Below are positions 47,835 to 56,767 of a stretch of DNA of 64,000 nucleotides, one piece after another. The translations under genes and the position numbers were made by a program. The DNA comes from Shackletoniella antarctica (GTDB lineage: Bacteria; Cyanobacteriota; Cyanobacteriia; Phormidesmidales; Phormidesmidaceae): positions 1,424-65,423 of the forward strand of contig QBMN01000001.1 of NCBI GenBank assembly GCA_003241845.1, in the 5' to 3' direction. Below the pieces are notes generated by a model. The model had not been told where the DNA came from and searched no databases. It worked only from the letters and a program-made list of their open reading frames with translations. Each line of letters starts with the position of its first letter. Positions within the stretch are counted from its first letter, which is position 1.

Positions 47835-48527
47835 ATGGTTCAGCAGCTACAGCCCGACGCCTCAGCCACCGTTGATTACCCCGATAGCGACGGGCAGCCC
47901 ATGGCCGACAACACCAAACAGTTCCGCTGGATTGTGGTGATCAAAGAAAACCTAGAGCTGCTGTTTGCAGACGCCCCCCACGTGTTTGTCGCGGGCGATC
48001 TGCTGTGGTATCCGGTGGCAGGCGACAACGCCATTCGCCAGGCCCCCGACGCTATGGTGGTGATGGGTCGGCCCAAGGGAGACAGGGGTTCTTACCGCCA
48101 GTGGGAAGAAGCCGACATTGCCCCCCAGGTGGTGTTTGAAATTTTGTCGCCGGGCAACCGCTTTGGCGAAATGCTGCGCAAGCTGGGCTTTTATGATCGT
48201 CACGGGGTCGAAGAATACTACATCTACGACCCCGACAAGCTAGAGCTGACGGGCCTCCAGCGCGCTGAAGCGGGGCTAGAGGTGATTGACACTATGGACG
48301 GCTGGGTCAGCCCCCGGCTGCAAATCCGCTTCCAGATGACGGACTCAGGGCTTGAGATCTATCGCCCCGACGGGCAGCGGTTCTTGACTTATACAGAGCT
48401 AGGGCAGCAGCTAGAACAAGAGCGCGAACGGGCTGAGCAAGAGCGAGAGCGGGCCGAACAAGAACGGGAGCGAGCCGATCGCCTAGCAGCTCAGCTCCGG
48501 GCAGCAGGGCTAGAACCAGACTTGTAA
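47835..48527 (+). CDS. Uma2 family endonuclease-like protein with (EQERERA)n tail
   Basis: YPDSDGQPMADNTKQF...FVAGDLLWY...PQVVFEILSPGN. Tail EQERERAEQERERAEQERERADRLAAQLRAAGLEPDL. Confidence 0.8.
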   Translation: MVQQLQPDASATVDYPDSDGQPMADNTKQFRWIVVIKENLELLFADAPHVFVAGDLLWYPVAGDNAIRQAPDAMVVMGRPKGDRGSYRQWEEADIAPQVVFEILSPGNRFGEMLRKLGFYDRHGVEEYYIYDPDKLELTGLQRAEAGLEVIDTMDGWVSPRLQIRFQMTDSGLEIYRPDGQRFLTYTELGQQLEQERERAEQERERAEQERERADRLAAQLRAAGLEPDL

Positions 48528-48536
48528 CCGGGATTA

Positions 48537-49160
48537 TCACTGCATGCGATCAATGGTGCGGTACTGAATGGCTTCAGCAATATGTTGGGTTTGCAGATGC
48601 TCAGCGCCATCCAGATCGGCGATGGTGCGGCCCACTTTGAGAATGCGATCCATGGCGCGGGCCGATAGGCCCAGCTTGCGCACGGCCCCCTCTAGCAGAG
48701 CTTTGATGGTGTCATCGAGGGGGCACCAGTGCTTGAGGTGGCGGCTTTGCATGTCGGCGTTGCACTGCAAGCCGGGTTCGGTCTTGAAGCGATCGTGGGC
48801 GCGCTGGCGGGCGGCCTGGACGCGATCGCGCACCGGCTCCGAAGCTTCCCCTGGCTGGTGCTGGGTCATCTCTTCGGGCTTAATGCGGCTGACGACCACC
48901 TGCAAATCAATCCGATCCATCAGGGGGCCAGAGAGGCGCGACCAGTAGTTTTTGCGGCTGCGGGGGCTACAGGTGCAGGGCTGCACCGAGTCGCCATAGA
49001 AGCCGCAGGGGCAGGGGTTAGTGCTGGCAATCAGGGTGAACTGGGCGGGGAACACAACGGACTGACGGGTGCGGGTAATGGTGACATAGCCGTCTTCGAG
49101 GGGCTGACGCAGGTATTCCAGCACGTCGCGCTTGAACTCGGTCAATTCGTCCAGAAATAG
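48537..49160 (-). pseudogene. comM: comM/yifB (Mg-chelatase-like AAA ATPase), 3-prime half only
   Basis: Matches the family from FLDELTEFKRDVLEYLRQPLEDGYVTITR...NPCPCGF...LSGPLMDRIDL... to the C-terminus. The N-terminal domain and Walker A are absent. Upstream codons of the track ORF are not ComM-like. Confidence 0.8.
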
Positions 49161-49173
49161 GTGAACAATGACA

Positions 49174-49336
49174 AATTCACTTATCCATAACTTCACAGCC
49201 GCCCGCCAGAATTCGGGTGGTGTGCCTGAACCATTGAATTCACTGGGATTCCCATAATATGGGCACTCTCTAAAAAAAATTAGTTCAATGAGCGACCAGA
49301 ATTCGGCCCACCCCATCCCGCCTGACCAGAATTCGG
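49174..49336. repeat. Cluster of AATTC-core subterminal repeats
   Basis: GACCAGAATTCGG at 49294-49306 and 49324-49336. GCCAGAATTCGG at 49205-49216. AATTCACT at 49174-49181 and 49237-49244. Palindrome CCCATAATATGGG at 49251-49263. Confidence 0.8.
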
Positions 49337-49347
49337 TAGTGGAGTGC

Positions 49348-49854
49348 ATGACCCGGCCCGCTGACCTGATGGCAGAGTTGGGTATCAAGAAAGACGCTTA
49401 CTACTCCTACCTCAAGCACCTCGACATCAAGCCCCAGAAAGACGTCAGCGGCAAAGCCTTTCTAGAGCCAGAGCAAGCCGACCGAATCCGGGCACTGCGG
49501 GCGCACGTTCTCGCCACAGGCAAATTTGAGGGCTACGAAGAAACGGGGCTGGCCACCTCAGAGGAAGCGGGCCTGGGCGGTAGCTCCCCCTGGGACTATG
49601 ACACCCCCCAAGACACGACAGACTTTGAACGCCTGATCCGCCAGGCCCAGGAGCTAGCCGCGCAGAATATGGCGATGGGCGATCTGGTGGTGGCGCAGCT
49701 GGCCCAGCAGATGACCTTTGACGACCTGGCCCCCGACCTTCAGGGAAAAGTGGCGGAGGTACGGGAGGCCACCCGCCCAAAAGCGAACCCCGCCGAAGTC
49801 GCCAGCCGGATCATGCTCCAGTGGCGCAGCCAGCGGGGAGCCACAGCAGCCTAA
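49348..49854 (+). CDS. Hypothetical protein with probable N-terminal HTH
   Basis: Trimmed to ATG 49348 (MTRPADLMAELGIKKDAYYSYLKHLDIKPQK...), because the upstream 20 codons consist of the repeats. Confidence 0.5.
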   Translation: MTRPADLMAELGIKKDAYYSYLKHLDIKPQKDVSGKAFLEPEQADRIRALRAHVLATGKFEGYEETGLATSEEAGLGGSSPWDYDTPQDTTDFERLIRQAQELAAQNMAMGDLVVAQLAQQMTFDDLAPDLQGKVAEVREATRPKANPAEVASRIMLQWRSQRGATAA

Positions 49855-50720
49855 GCGTTCAGGTCAAGCCTGCCTCAGCCCGCGACGGCAGCACCCTGGT
49901 GGTGGAGTTCAGAGAAGACGATATTTCTCAGGTGATTGGCTCACTGCTGAAAGGGCAGTCGTTGCTAGTGCTGGGGGAAGCAGGCAGCGGCAAAAGTATT
50001 CTGGGGTTAGAGATTGCCAAACGTCTAGGCAGTGATTACCAGGTGGCGATCGCATCCTATGCCGGTAGTGCGAAACAAACCCTGATCGCCATTGCTGAAT
50101 CTCTGGGGGTGCCTATCGAAACCAGCGACGAGCGGCCCAAGCCCCTGACTGCTGACCAACTGCGGGTCGAGATCCGCGACGACATGAACTGTGGTCGGCG
50201 GCTGCTGATTGCTGACGATGCCCACCGCTGGCCCGCTAGCCTGCGCTACTGGATGGAAGAACTACTGAGGGGGAAAGGTCTACTGCTGCTGCTAGCGGAT
50301 CGGCCCCCGGCGCGGGATGTCTTTCTGAAGCTGCCGCGCATGGAGCTAGAGCCCCTGACCCCAGACGAAATTCGCACCATCATGTACGCCGAAGCTACGG
50401 CTCAGGGCATGGCCATCAACCCCGCCAAGTTTGCCGACCTTCAGCAGCGGGTGGGGGGCAACCCGGCTTTGGCCAAACGAGTGGTGCATGAGGAACTGCT
50501 GGGCATCGGGGAAGAGATGAGCACTGACCACCGCCAGTACATCGACGGCACACCCTTCCTGATTGCCAGCCTCAGCGCCGTTGGCATTGTGCGATTCATT
50601 GGCATTGGCCTGGGCGATAAGGCGCTCTACATCGTGGGCGGGGTGGCCACCCTCTTAGCCATGACGCTACGGACGTTGTTCTACTCCATGAACCGGAAGA
50701 GTACGAGGTTAGGTAAATGA
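49821..50720 (+). CDS. AAA (AAA_22/ExeA-like) ATPase with two C-terminal TM helices
   Basis: Walker A LGEAGSGKS, Walker B LLIADDAH. C-terminal hydrophobic helices FLIASLSAVGIVRFIGIGL and LYIVGGVATLLAMTL. Confidence 0.65.
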   Translation: MAQPAGSHSSLSVQVKPASARDGSTLVVEFREDDISQVIGSLLKGQSLLVLGEAGSGKSILGLEIAKRLGSDYQVAIASYAGSAKQTLIAIAESLGVPIETSDERPKPLTADQLRVEIRDDMNCGRRLLIADDAHRWPASLRYWMEELLRGKGLLLLLADRPPARDVFLKLPRMELEPLTPDEIRTIMYAEATAQGMAINPAKFADLQQRVGGNPALAKRVVHEELLGIGEEMSTDHRQYIDGTPFLIASLSAVGIVRFIGIGLGDKALYIVGGVATLLAMTLRTLFYSMNRKSTRLGK

Positions 50721-50889
50721 GGATACGAGGCATTGGGGGGGATGAATCTAGCCAACTGGCCCCAGGGCAATGGGTCAATGTTTGGCAAATGAGTGTCACT
50801 GGGCCTGAGTTTTACTGCACTTGCTTAGTCAGTGAGCTTGGGGATTTGGCCACAGAAGAGTATGTCCTAGAACCCATTGAGGTGCAGCC

Positions 50890-51912
50890 ATGATGAGTGT
50901 GACCCATGCATCCCTGGCGATCGCCGCCACAGCCATTGGTATTGGCACAGCAGACCCCTATGTGCTGACCACTGCGGCGATCGCATCTCAGCTACCCGAC
51001 ATCGACACCACCGAAAGCTTCTCAGGTCGCCTGATTTGGCCCCTGACCAACTTCCTAGAGCAGCGGTTTCCCCATAGGTCACTGACTCACTCATTCATGG
51101 CCACGGGCATTGTGGCGGGGCTGGCGGCACCTCTGCTGTGGTTTCAGTGGCAGTTTTTCTTGGCTGTGGTGCTGGGCTACTTCGTGGGCTGGTTTGCCGA
51201 TGCCTTTACCAAGTCTGGCGTCGAGGCGTTCTACCCCAACCCCGCCCGCCTGGTCATCCCCGGCAACCCCAGGGCCAGGCTCGACACGCGCAGCCCGGCT
51301 GAGTATTGGGTGTTGTCCACCGCCGTCTTCTTGACCGTGATCAGCATCAACCTAACCAGCGCCGGGGGACTCTCTGAAACCGTAGCCAGAACGTTCTTTA
51401 ACGATGCTGGCAGCGCCGCCGACTTATTCCACAAGCATGGAGCCTCCCATCGGGTCTTTGTCACCGTCGAAGGCATCCATACCTACACCCGGCAGTCAGT
51501 GAGCGGCACCTATGAAGTGCTTGAAGCTAGCACCAGCGACCTAATTGCTGAGCACGTCGTCACAGGTCAGATCTACAAAATCGGCAAAGGAAGTGATGCT
51601 CAGATCCGGCCCAACCGAGTCAAGGTCAAGCTAGGCGATCCGGTCAGCGTGTCGGCCCAGATGTTCAACCTGCAAGAGATTGGGGTGATGGAATGGCTAG
51701 CGGCTGTGCCCCAGAACGCCTACATCAGCGGCAGCCTGGTAATTGACGACCTGGATGAAGCGCCGCCCTCGGCCAACCTCGAAACCTACCCCACGATAAG
51801 ACTGTCCACTGGACAGCTTGAGCTGCAAAATGCTCACCCCCAGGAGATTCTGTCGCTTCTGCGTGACTTCTGGATTTTGCAGGGTAGCGTTATTGTCAAA
51901 GTGAAAGCATGA
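50890..51912 (+). CDS. DUF457/YdjM-like membrane-bound metal-dependent hydrolase fused to a ~170-aa soluble C-terminal domain
   Basis: THASLAIA...SQLPDIDT...HRSLTHSF pattern with 4-5 TM helices, then a beta-rich region to the stop. Confidence 0.65.
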   Translation: MMSVTHASLAIAATAIGIGTADPYVLTTAAIASQLPDIDTTESFSGRLIWPLTNFLEQRFPHRSLTHSFMATGIVAGLAAPLLWFQWQFFLAVVLGYFVGWFADAFTKSGVEAFYPNPARLVIPGNPRARLDTRSPAEYWVLSTAVFLTVISINLTSAGGLSETVARTFFNDAGSAADLFHKHGASHRVFVTVEGIHTYTRQSVSGTYEVLEASTSDLIAEHVVTGQIYKIGKGSDAQIRPNRVKVKLGDPVSVSAQMFNLQEIGVMEWLAAVPQNAYISGSLVIDDLDEAPPSANLETYPTIRLSTGQLELQNAHPQEILSLLRDFWILQGSVIVKVKA

Positions 51913-51969
51913 GCAGCCTGGGGAAATCCCTCTGTTGTTCGCCTATGTACGGATTCGTGATTCGCTTTT

Positions 51970-52662
51970 ATGGGTAGACGCTGGCTAGCTTTAGCGAATC
52001 GACAAACGGTGATCTCGCTGTCCCTGCTGTTGCTGTCCCTGCTAGTTTATGGGTTAGTTTCGACCCGAGCTGAAGTCAACCTTTTGACCCCGCAGGGATT
52101 AAAGCAGGTAGTTGAGGAATCCGGGGTGTGGGGTATTTTGACCTACATTGCCGTGATTGCTCTGGCAGTAGTGCTTAGCCCCATCCCAGGAGCACCGCTA
52201 ACAGTGACCGCTGGAGCTATTTGGGGAGCTATTCCTGCCGGGATTTATAGCGTTATTGGCGGGTTCTTGGGTGGCCTGGTCGCTTACTTTATTGGTCACT
52301 CATTGGGCCGTTCGGCTGTGCGCGCATTGACCGGAAAGGTTGTCTACTTCTCGAAGGAACGGGGAGAAAAACTGTTGGGGTTTTTGATCTTTACAACCCG
52401 CCTCCTGCCAGTGATGTCGTTTGACTTAATCAGCTACGCAGCGGGTCTAACGGGAATGTCGATCAAGATCTACGCGATCGCTACTCTAATGGGCATGATT
52501 CCTTCGACCCTGCTGCTGACCTACATGGGAGAGGCGTTCACCATTGGCCTACCCCTGGGTATTGCGATGGCCGTTGTTTTTGGAGTGCTTCTAGTCGTAT
52601 TGCCCTGGGGCATTCGGCGCTACAACTGGCTCGACCTACGTGACATCATTCGGATTGAATGA
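51970..52662 (+). CDS. TVP38/TMEM64 (DedA-superfamily, VTT domain) membrane protein
   Basis: 230 aa, multi-TM, typical SPIPGAPLTVTAGAIWG segment. Confidence 0.75.
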   Translation: MGRRWLALANRQTVISLSLLLLSLLVYGLVSTRAEVNLLTPQGLKQVVEESGVWGILTYIAVIALAVVLSPIPGAPLTVTAGAIWGAIPAGIYSVIGGFLGGLVAYFIGHSLGRSAVRALTGKVVYFSKERGEKLLGFLIFTTRLLPVMSFDLISYAAGLTGMSIKIYAIATLMGMIPSTLLLTYMGEAFTIGLPLGIAMAVVFGVLLVVLPWGIRRYNWLDLRDIIRIE

Positions 52663-52729
52663 CGGTTGGCTGCTGTGATTCTTTCTCGCCTGAGGGAATT
52701 CTGTCTTTAACTGACTCATCAGTAAAGGT

Positions 52730-53692
52730 ATGACAACTCCTCCATCCCACCGTGAAGGCACTCCACTACAAGCTTTCATCGGTCTAGGGGGTGTTCTGGG
52801 GATGATAGGACTGATTTGGATTACGCGGGCAGAGCCAACCCAGGGACAAGCCCCAGCAGTGCAGCCGCCTCAGCCACAGCTAATCACCACACCCCCAGTC
52901 AGCACTCAGCCTAGAGTCCTCGCCTTTACGCTGACTCTCAGCGCCCCCGACGACTTGAAAGTACGCCAGGGCGATTACGTCAATGCTGGGGATGTCTTAG
53001 CCGACCGCAACCGCGAACGCAGCGGCCTCCAGGCGCAGCTCCAGCAGACTCAAATCTCTCTCCAGCGCATTCAGTCTCAGCAGGTGTTAGAGCCGCCTGA
53101 GCCCTTGCCGGTGCCCCCGGTGTCTGGCCTACCCCCGGTGTTCTATGGCACTCAAGAGGCGGCGATCGCGCAGATTGAAGACAACATCGACCTCCAAAAA
53201 CGCAAGATCGACCTGCTGGGCACCATGCGCCCCTCAGAGGTGCCCCCGGCCATGCGCGAGCACGAAGACCGCATCCTGGAGAAGCTGTATCGAGATCTGG
53301 AGCTAGCCAAGGCGGAGCTGAAGCAGGCCCAGGAGAAACGCGCCCACCAGGAGTATGAACATTCCCTCTCGATGGCGCGGCGGGCTGAGGAAGCCAACCA
53401 ACAGCGGCTGATGCACTCTCAGCAGCGGCAGCAGGCCGACCAGCAGCGCCGGGAGAAAGCTTTTCAAGAGGCGCAGCTGCAAGTTCAGATTGAAACCAAC
53501 AACGCCAAACTATTAGACCTATCGACGGTCAGGAGTCCCTATGCTGGTACGATTCGCCGGGTCAAGTGGTTGGGGCAGTCTGACAACCGCCTCACAGTGG
53601 AAATTACGCTGGCTATTGGCGGTGGGTCTAGCCCTGATGCCTTTACTATCCAGCCCCTCCCCGTCCCTGGCCCAGTCGAAACAGGACGATGA
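52730..53692 (+). CDS. HlyD/membrane-fusion-like protein (TM anchor, split lipoyl-like hairpin, long Q/E-rich coiled coil)
   Basis: TM helix GLGGVLGMIGLIWI. LKVRQGDYVNAGDVLAD ... coiled coil ... VRSPYAGTIRRVKW. Confidence 0.5.
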   Translation: MTTPPSHREGTPLQAFIGLGGVLGMIGLIWITRAEPTQGQAPAVQPPQPQLITTPPVSTQPRVLAFTLTLSAPDDLKVRQGDYVNAGDVLADRNRERSGLQAQLQQTQISLQRIQSQQVLEPPEPLPVPPVSGLPPVFYGTQEAAIAQIEDNIDLQKRKIDLLGTMRPSEVPPAMREHEDRILEKLYRDLELAKAELKQAQEKRAHQEYEHSLSMARRAEEANQQRLMHSQQRQQADQQRREKAFQEAQLQVQIETNNAKLLDLSTVRSPYAGTIRRVKWLGQSDNRLTVEITLAIGGGSSPDAFTIQPLPVPGPVETGR

Positions 53693-54575
53693 CGGCTGGG
53701 AGGAAGAGTATGTGGAGGAGGAAGAGCCCGTAGACGTGGAAGACCCCAGCCTGCCGCTAGTCTCTCACCCCGATGATTTTTACCAACTCGACGACAACCC
53801 CCTCAACCCCGTGGGCGACAGCCTGGACTTGCTGATCCAAACCCAGATCAACCAAGACCTCTGGGCGGCCATGATGGGCGACTTGCCCTGCCTAGAGCCA
53901 ACCACCGAGTGCATCAGCCAGCTACAGGCTATGGCGGTGGAGAACAACCTAACCCTGTCCATCATTCAGGAGCGCATCGACGGCATTGACCAGCGCATCG
54001 AAGAGGCCCGCAGCCGCAACCAAACCGCTGTCTGGATGGACACTGTTGAACCGCTGATGTCTCGCTACCTGACCTATGAGACAGTCCTGGTCAATGGCCA
54101 GCAGCAGCAGCGGGGCTTCTTTGACCGGCTTCTATCAGCCTTCAGCAGCCCCCTCAACGCCATCAACGAAGCCCTCAGCCTGATTGGTATACCGCTGATT
54201 CGGGGGGTGACCCAGACCAATGCTAGAGCGCAACAGACGGCGATCGCCATCAGCGACCTTCAGGTAAAGGTGGCCCAGATCGAGCAGGAGAAGCGCAAAA
54301 TCGCCGAGACGCTGCGGGAGCAGGTTGCCTTGGAAATACTAGAGTTTGACGCGACCCGGCGCGAGTTCCAGATCTCCCAGGAGATTTCCCGCCGCGCAGT
54401 GGTTCAACACCGCCTGCTAGAGATTGACTACCGCTTCAGCCCTCGAATCGACAGCGTTACATATCTGAGCCATTTGTCACAGCTAGATAGGCAGAAGGCA
54501 GATACTTACCGGGCTTGGGCAAGGTTGAGAACTCGCCTGGCCCGGATTCAGATGTTGACGTTGGGGAGCGAGTAG
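53541..54575 (+). CDS. Secreted acidic/helical protein (short TolC-like outer-membrane-factor guess)
   Basis: Signal-like WKLRWLLAVGLALMPLLSSPSPSLAQ. LQAMAVENNLTL and long helices. The only ATG (53541) overlaps the previous gene by 152 nt, so the start is uncertain. Confidence 0.4.
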   Translation: MLVRFAGSSGWGSLTTASQWKLRWLLAVGLALMPLLSSPSPSLAQSKQDDDGWEEEYVEEEEPVDVEDPSLPLVSHPDDFYQLDDNPLNPVGDSLDLLIQTQINQDLWAAMMGDLPCLEPTTECISQLQAMAVENNLTLSIIQERIDGIDQRIEEARSRNQTAVWMDTVEPLMSRYLTYETVLVNGQQQQRGFFDRLLSAFSSPLNAINEALSLIGIPLIRGVTQTNARAQQTAIAISDLQVKVAQIEQEKRKIAETLREQVALEILEFDATRREFQISQEISRRAVVQHRLLEIDYRFSPRIDSVTYLSHLSQLDRQKADTYRAWARLRTRLARIQMLTLGSE

Positions 54576-54576
54576 C

Positions 54577-56070
54577 CTAGAACGTAATCCAGGCCGGGGG
54601 ATTCGTGAGCCAGGGAGGGGTTAGGCAAGAGGTTCCCTGGTTGAAATAGATGTCAAAGAGATAGTCCTCGAAATCTGGATCTGCTCCAATAGCCGCTCCA
54701 CGAGTAGAACTTTCAGCTTCCCAATCAAAGTTAGACTCTCGCCAATCCCCAGAGAACCGGACTGTGGGCGGGCCTGATGTAGCACCACCCGCTGCACCCT
54801 CCACAGGATCACTGGAAATAGGGTAGTTACCGAAAGCCGCATAAATCCAATAGCTTTTACCCCGCTGAAATAAGGGCGAAGCTATGACAATATTGCCGTT
54901 GTAGCCGTAGCAGAAGCCAGCACCCGCTGGAATAGTTAAACCTGGCCCAGCCGACCTGGGAAAATCGTTTCCTCCCCAAGGCCCATCGGGGAACCCATCG
55001 CTATCTCGGTCATTGGGGATGCCATCGCCGGTAGAGTCATCCACCAGCCCATCACCGTTGAAGTCGTGGATCGTGGGGTTATAGGTGGCCAGGGTAAAGT
55101 CGTACATGCTGGGGGTGCCAGTGTCCCCGCCAGAACCCCCAGACCCGCCTGAGCCATCCCCAGATCCGTCTGAACCACCAGATCCACCCCCAGAGTCGCC
55201 AGAGCCACCAGTGCCAGATCCGCCAGAGTCAGAGCCACCTGAGCCACCAGACCCACCCCCAGAGTCACCAGCACCAGCACCGCTGTCCCCTGAGCCACCA
55301 GAGCCGCCTGAGCCTCCGCTGCCCCCAGATCCGCCTGAACCGCCTGAACCACCGCCGCCTACTCCAGCGATCGCACTCGGGATAGACCGGGCTGATTCCA
55401 CCAGGGCCGTAGCTATCTCTGTGCCAGCGATCGCCTCAGCAAAGATGTCTGTCCAGGGCTGAGGTAGGTATAGCGCCCCTCGGAGGCACTGTAGAGGAGT
55501 CGTTTGAGGCATCTGGCTAATCTGAAATTCTGCATAGCTGCTGCCTGAAGTCGTAGGAAGCAGGATGCTCTGGTTAAAGTTGATGGTCTGGGTTTCTCGA
55601 ATCCGCAAGAAGCCACAGGCATTCGTGCTGCGGGTCAAGATGCGAAGCTGACCAGGATAGGTGACTTCGTAGCGAGTGTCCGGCAGCTTGCCGACGATCA
55701 CCAGGTCGCCGCTCGATGTCTTGAAGTTCTGGGGCCGTTCCTCATCTAGAGCGTAGGAACCATCAGACTTAGATCGACAGTTGGGCCTGATGCGAGTTTG
55801 CAGGTTTGCGGGGTTTATGACTGCTCCATCTACCTGGACGGTAGCCATCGGATAGTTTGCTGAGTTGCTGACTACCAGCAGGCCACAGCGGGTAGAGGTG
55901 AGGTTACGGCTGGGCGGGGTGTCGATGCCGACCCGGATCTGACTATTGGGCGGCAGCTTGTAGACCGAGATGCCGCCGTCGCCGTCGCGGTACACATGGC
56001 CCTGGGCAGCCATCAGTGGGGCAGCTAGCAGCAGAAGTAAAGGCAGAGAGAGAGAGAAAGATGGTTTCAT
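54577..56070 (-). CDS. Secreted protein: Cys-containing N-domain, G/S-rich linker, Asp-rich calcium-binding-like repeats, C-terminal domain
   Basis: Signal peptide MKPSFSLSLPLLLLLAAPLMAAQG. The N-domain is paralogous to 56129..56767. DFNGDGLVDDSTGDGIPNDRDSDGFPDG. Confidence 0.6.
   Translation of the reverse strand: MKPSFSLSLPLLLLLAAPLMAAQGHVYRDGDGGISVYKLPPNSQIRVGIDTPPSRNLTSTRCGLLVVSNSANYPMATVQVDGAVINPANLQTRIRPNCRSKSDGSYALDEERPQNFKTSSGDLVIVGKLPDTRYEVTYPGQLRILTRSTNACGFLRIRETQTINFNQSILLPTTSGSSYAEFQISQMPQTTPLQCLRGALYLPQPWTDIFAEAIAGTEIATALVESARSIPSAIAGVGGGGSGGSGGSGGSGGSGGSGGSGDSGAGAGDSGGGSGGSGGSDSGGSGTGGSGDSGGGSGGSDGSGDGSGGSGGSGGDTGTPSMYDFTLATYNPTIHDFNGDGLVDDSTGDGIPNDRDSDGFPDGPWGGNDFPRSAGPGLTIPAGAGFCYGYNGNIVIASPLFQRGKSYWIYAAFGNYPISSDPVEGAAGGATSGPPTVRFSGDWRESNFDWEAESSTRGAAIGADPDFEDYLFDIYFNQGTSCLTPPWLTNPPAWITF
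55113..55365 (-). repeat. Low-complexity (GSGG)n-coding repeat tract inside the 497-aa gene (coordinates approximate)
   Basis: ~85 residues of G/S/D only. The DNA is a reiterated ccaga(g/c)cc(a/g)cc-type tract. Confidence 0.7.
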
Positions 56071-56128
56071 AATAAAAAAGCCTCTCCGTAGAGAGGCCAG
56101 CTCAGCGTGTGTGTGAGGAACAAACTTA

Positions 56129-56767
56129 TTACCAGCTAGCGGGGGTATACAGTTGCCCGCTACGGCACAGAGGCTCTAGGCTGGCCTCTGGCAGCGTAGT
56201 GACGTTATAGGCGGTGCCACCCAACTCAAACGCCTGGTTCGCCGTGTCTTCCCAAGGAACCGTGCTGGTGCCGTTGATGGCCACAAACCCACAGGCATTG
56301 GCGGTCACGTTGCGGGTGCGGCCACCCGCGTAAACTGCCTCGTAGACGGTGTTGGGAGTTTTTACCACAACTACCTCACCAGCCCCTGTCTTAAAGTTTG
56401 AGGCCCGTGCTTCTTCGAGGTTGCTGTTGACGCAACGGGGAAGCAACTGAGTGGGCAATGCCATCTGGTCAATGGTGGCCCCATCCACAGACACCAGGCT
56501 GGTGAGGGCATTAGAAGCACTGTCCCGTAGGACAACTAGACCACAGGCATTGGCCGTGACCCGTCGTGCCGAGGTGGCGTTGGGGTAGGTCATGGTCAGC
56601 CGTTCGCCCGGAGTGCGGTTGGCCACGACCACCTGGGGGGTGCCGTTGGAACGCATCACCTTATAGACGGTGTTGCCGCTGTACATCTGAGCTGAAGCAA
56701 AAGGGGCAACAGCAGCAGCGGCTACCAATCCAATCCCCGCCATAACTAGAAATTTACGTCTTTTCAT
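56129..56767 (-). CDS. Secreted Cys-containing protein, paralogue of the N-domain of 54577..56070
   Basis: Trimmed to ATG at 56765-56767 (MKRRKFLVMAGIGLVAAAAVAPFASAQ). Shared motifs NACGLVV / VDGA / NFKT / NACGF / PL.C..G.LY.P..W. Confidence 0.6.
   Translation of the reverse strand: MKRRKFLVMAGIGLVAAAAVAPFASAQMYSGNTVYKVMRSNGTPQVVVANRTPGERLTMTYPNATSARRVTANACGLVVLRDSASNALTSLVSVDGATIDQMALPTQLLPRCVNSNLEEARASNFKTGAGEVVVVKTPNTVYEAVYAGGRTRNVTANACGFVAINGTSTVPWEDTANQAFELGGTAYNVTTLPEASLEPLCRSGQLYTPASW

Noticed and set aside
49161-49200. Similarity of the island terminus (…AATGACAAATTCACTTATCC…) to Tn7-like/CAST transposon ends as I remember them (GTGACAAATTA-type TnsB sites)
   Set aside because: This rests on my memory of a 9-mer only. 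The terminus does not begin with a clear TGT, and no tnsA/B/C or tniQ gene is in the visible 14.8 kb. I kept only the neutral description of a repeat-rich element end.
49161-49388. N-terminal 75 codons of track ORF 48537..49388 and the first 20 codons of ORF 49288..49854 as genuine coding sequence
   Set aside because: Both are translations of the AATTC-core repeats (the EFW / QNS peptides recur). ComM homology begins only at ~49160, and the HTH protein has a better ATG at 49348.
53541-53692. The 152-nt overlap between the HlyD-like and TolC-like ORFs as evidence of a frameshift fusion
   Set aside because: Both frames look coding-like across the overlap, and the downstream ORF has a plausible signal peptide right there. 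Without alignment I cannot distinguish a genuine overlap from a mis-set start, so no frameshift is claimed.
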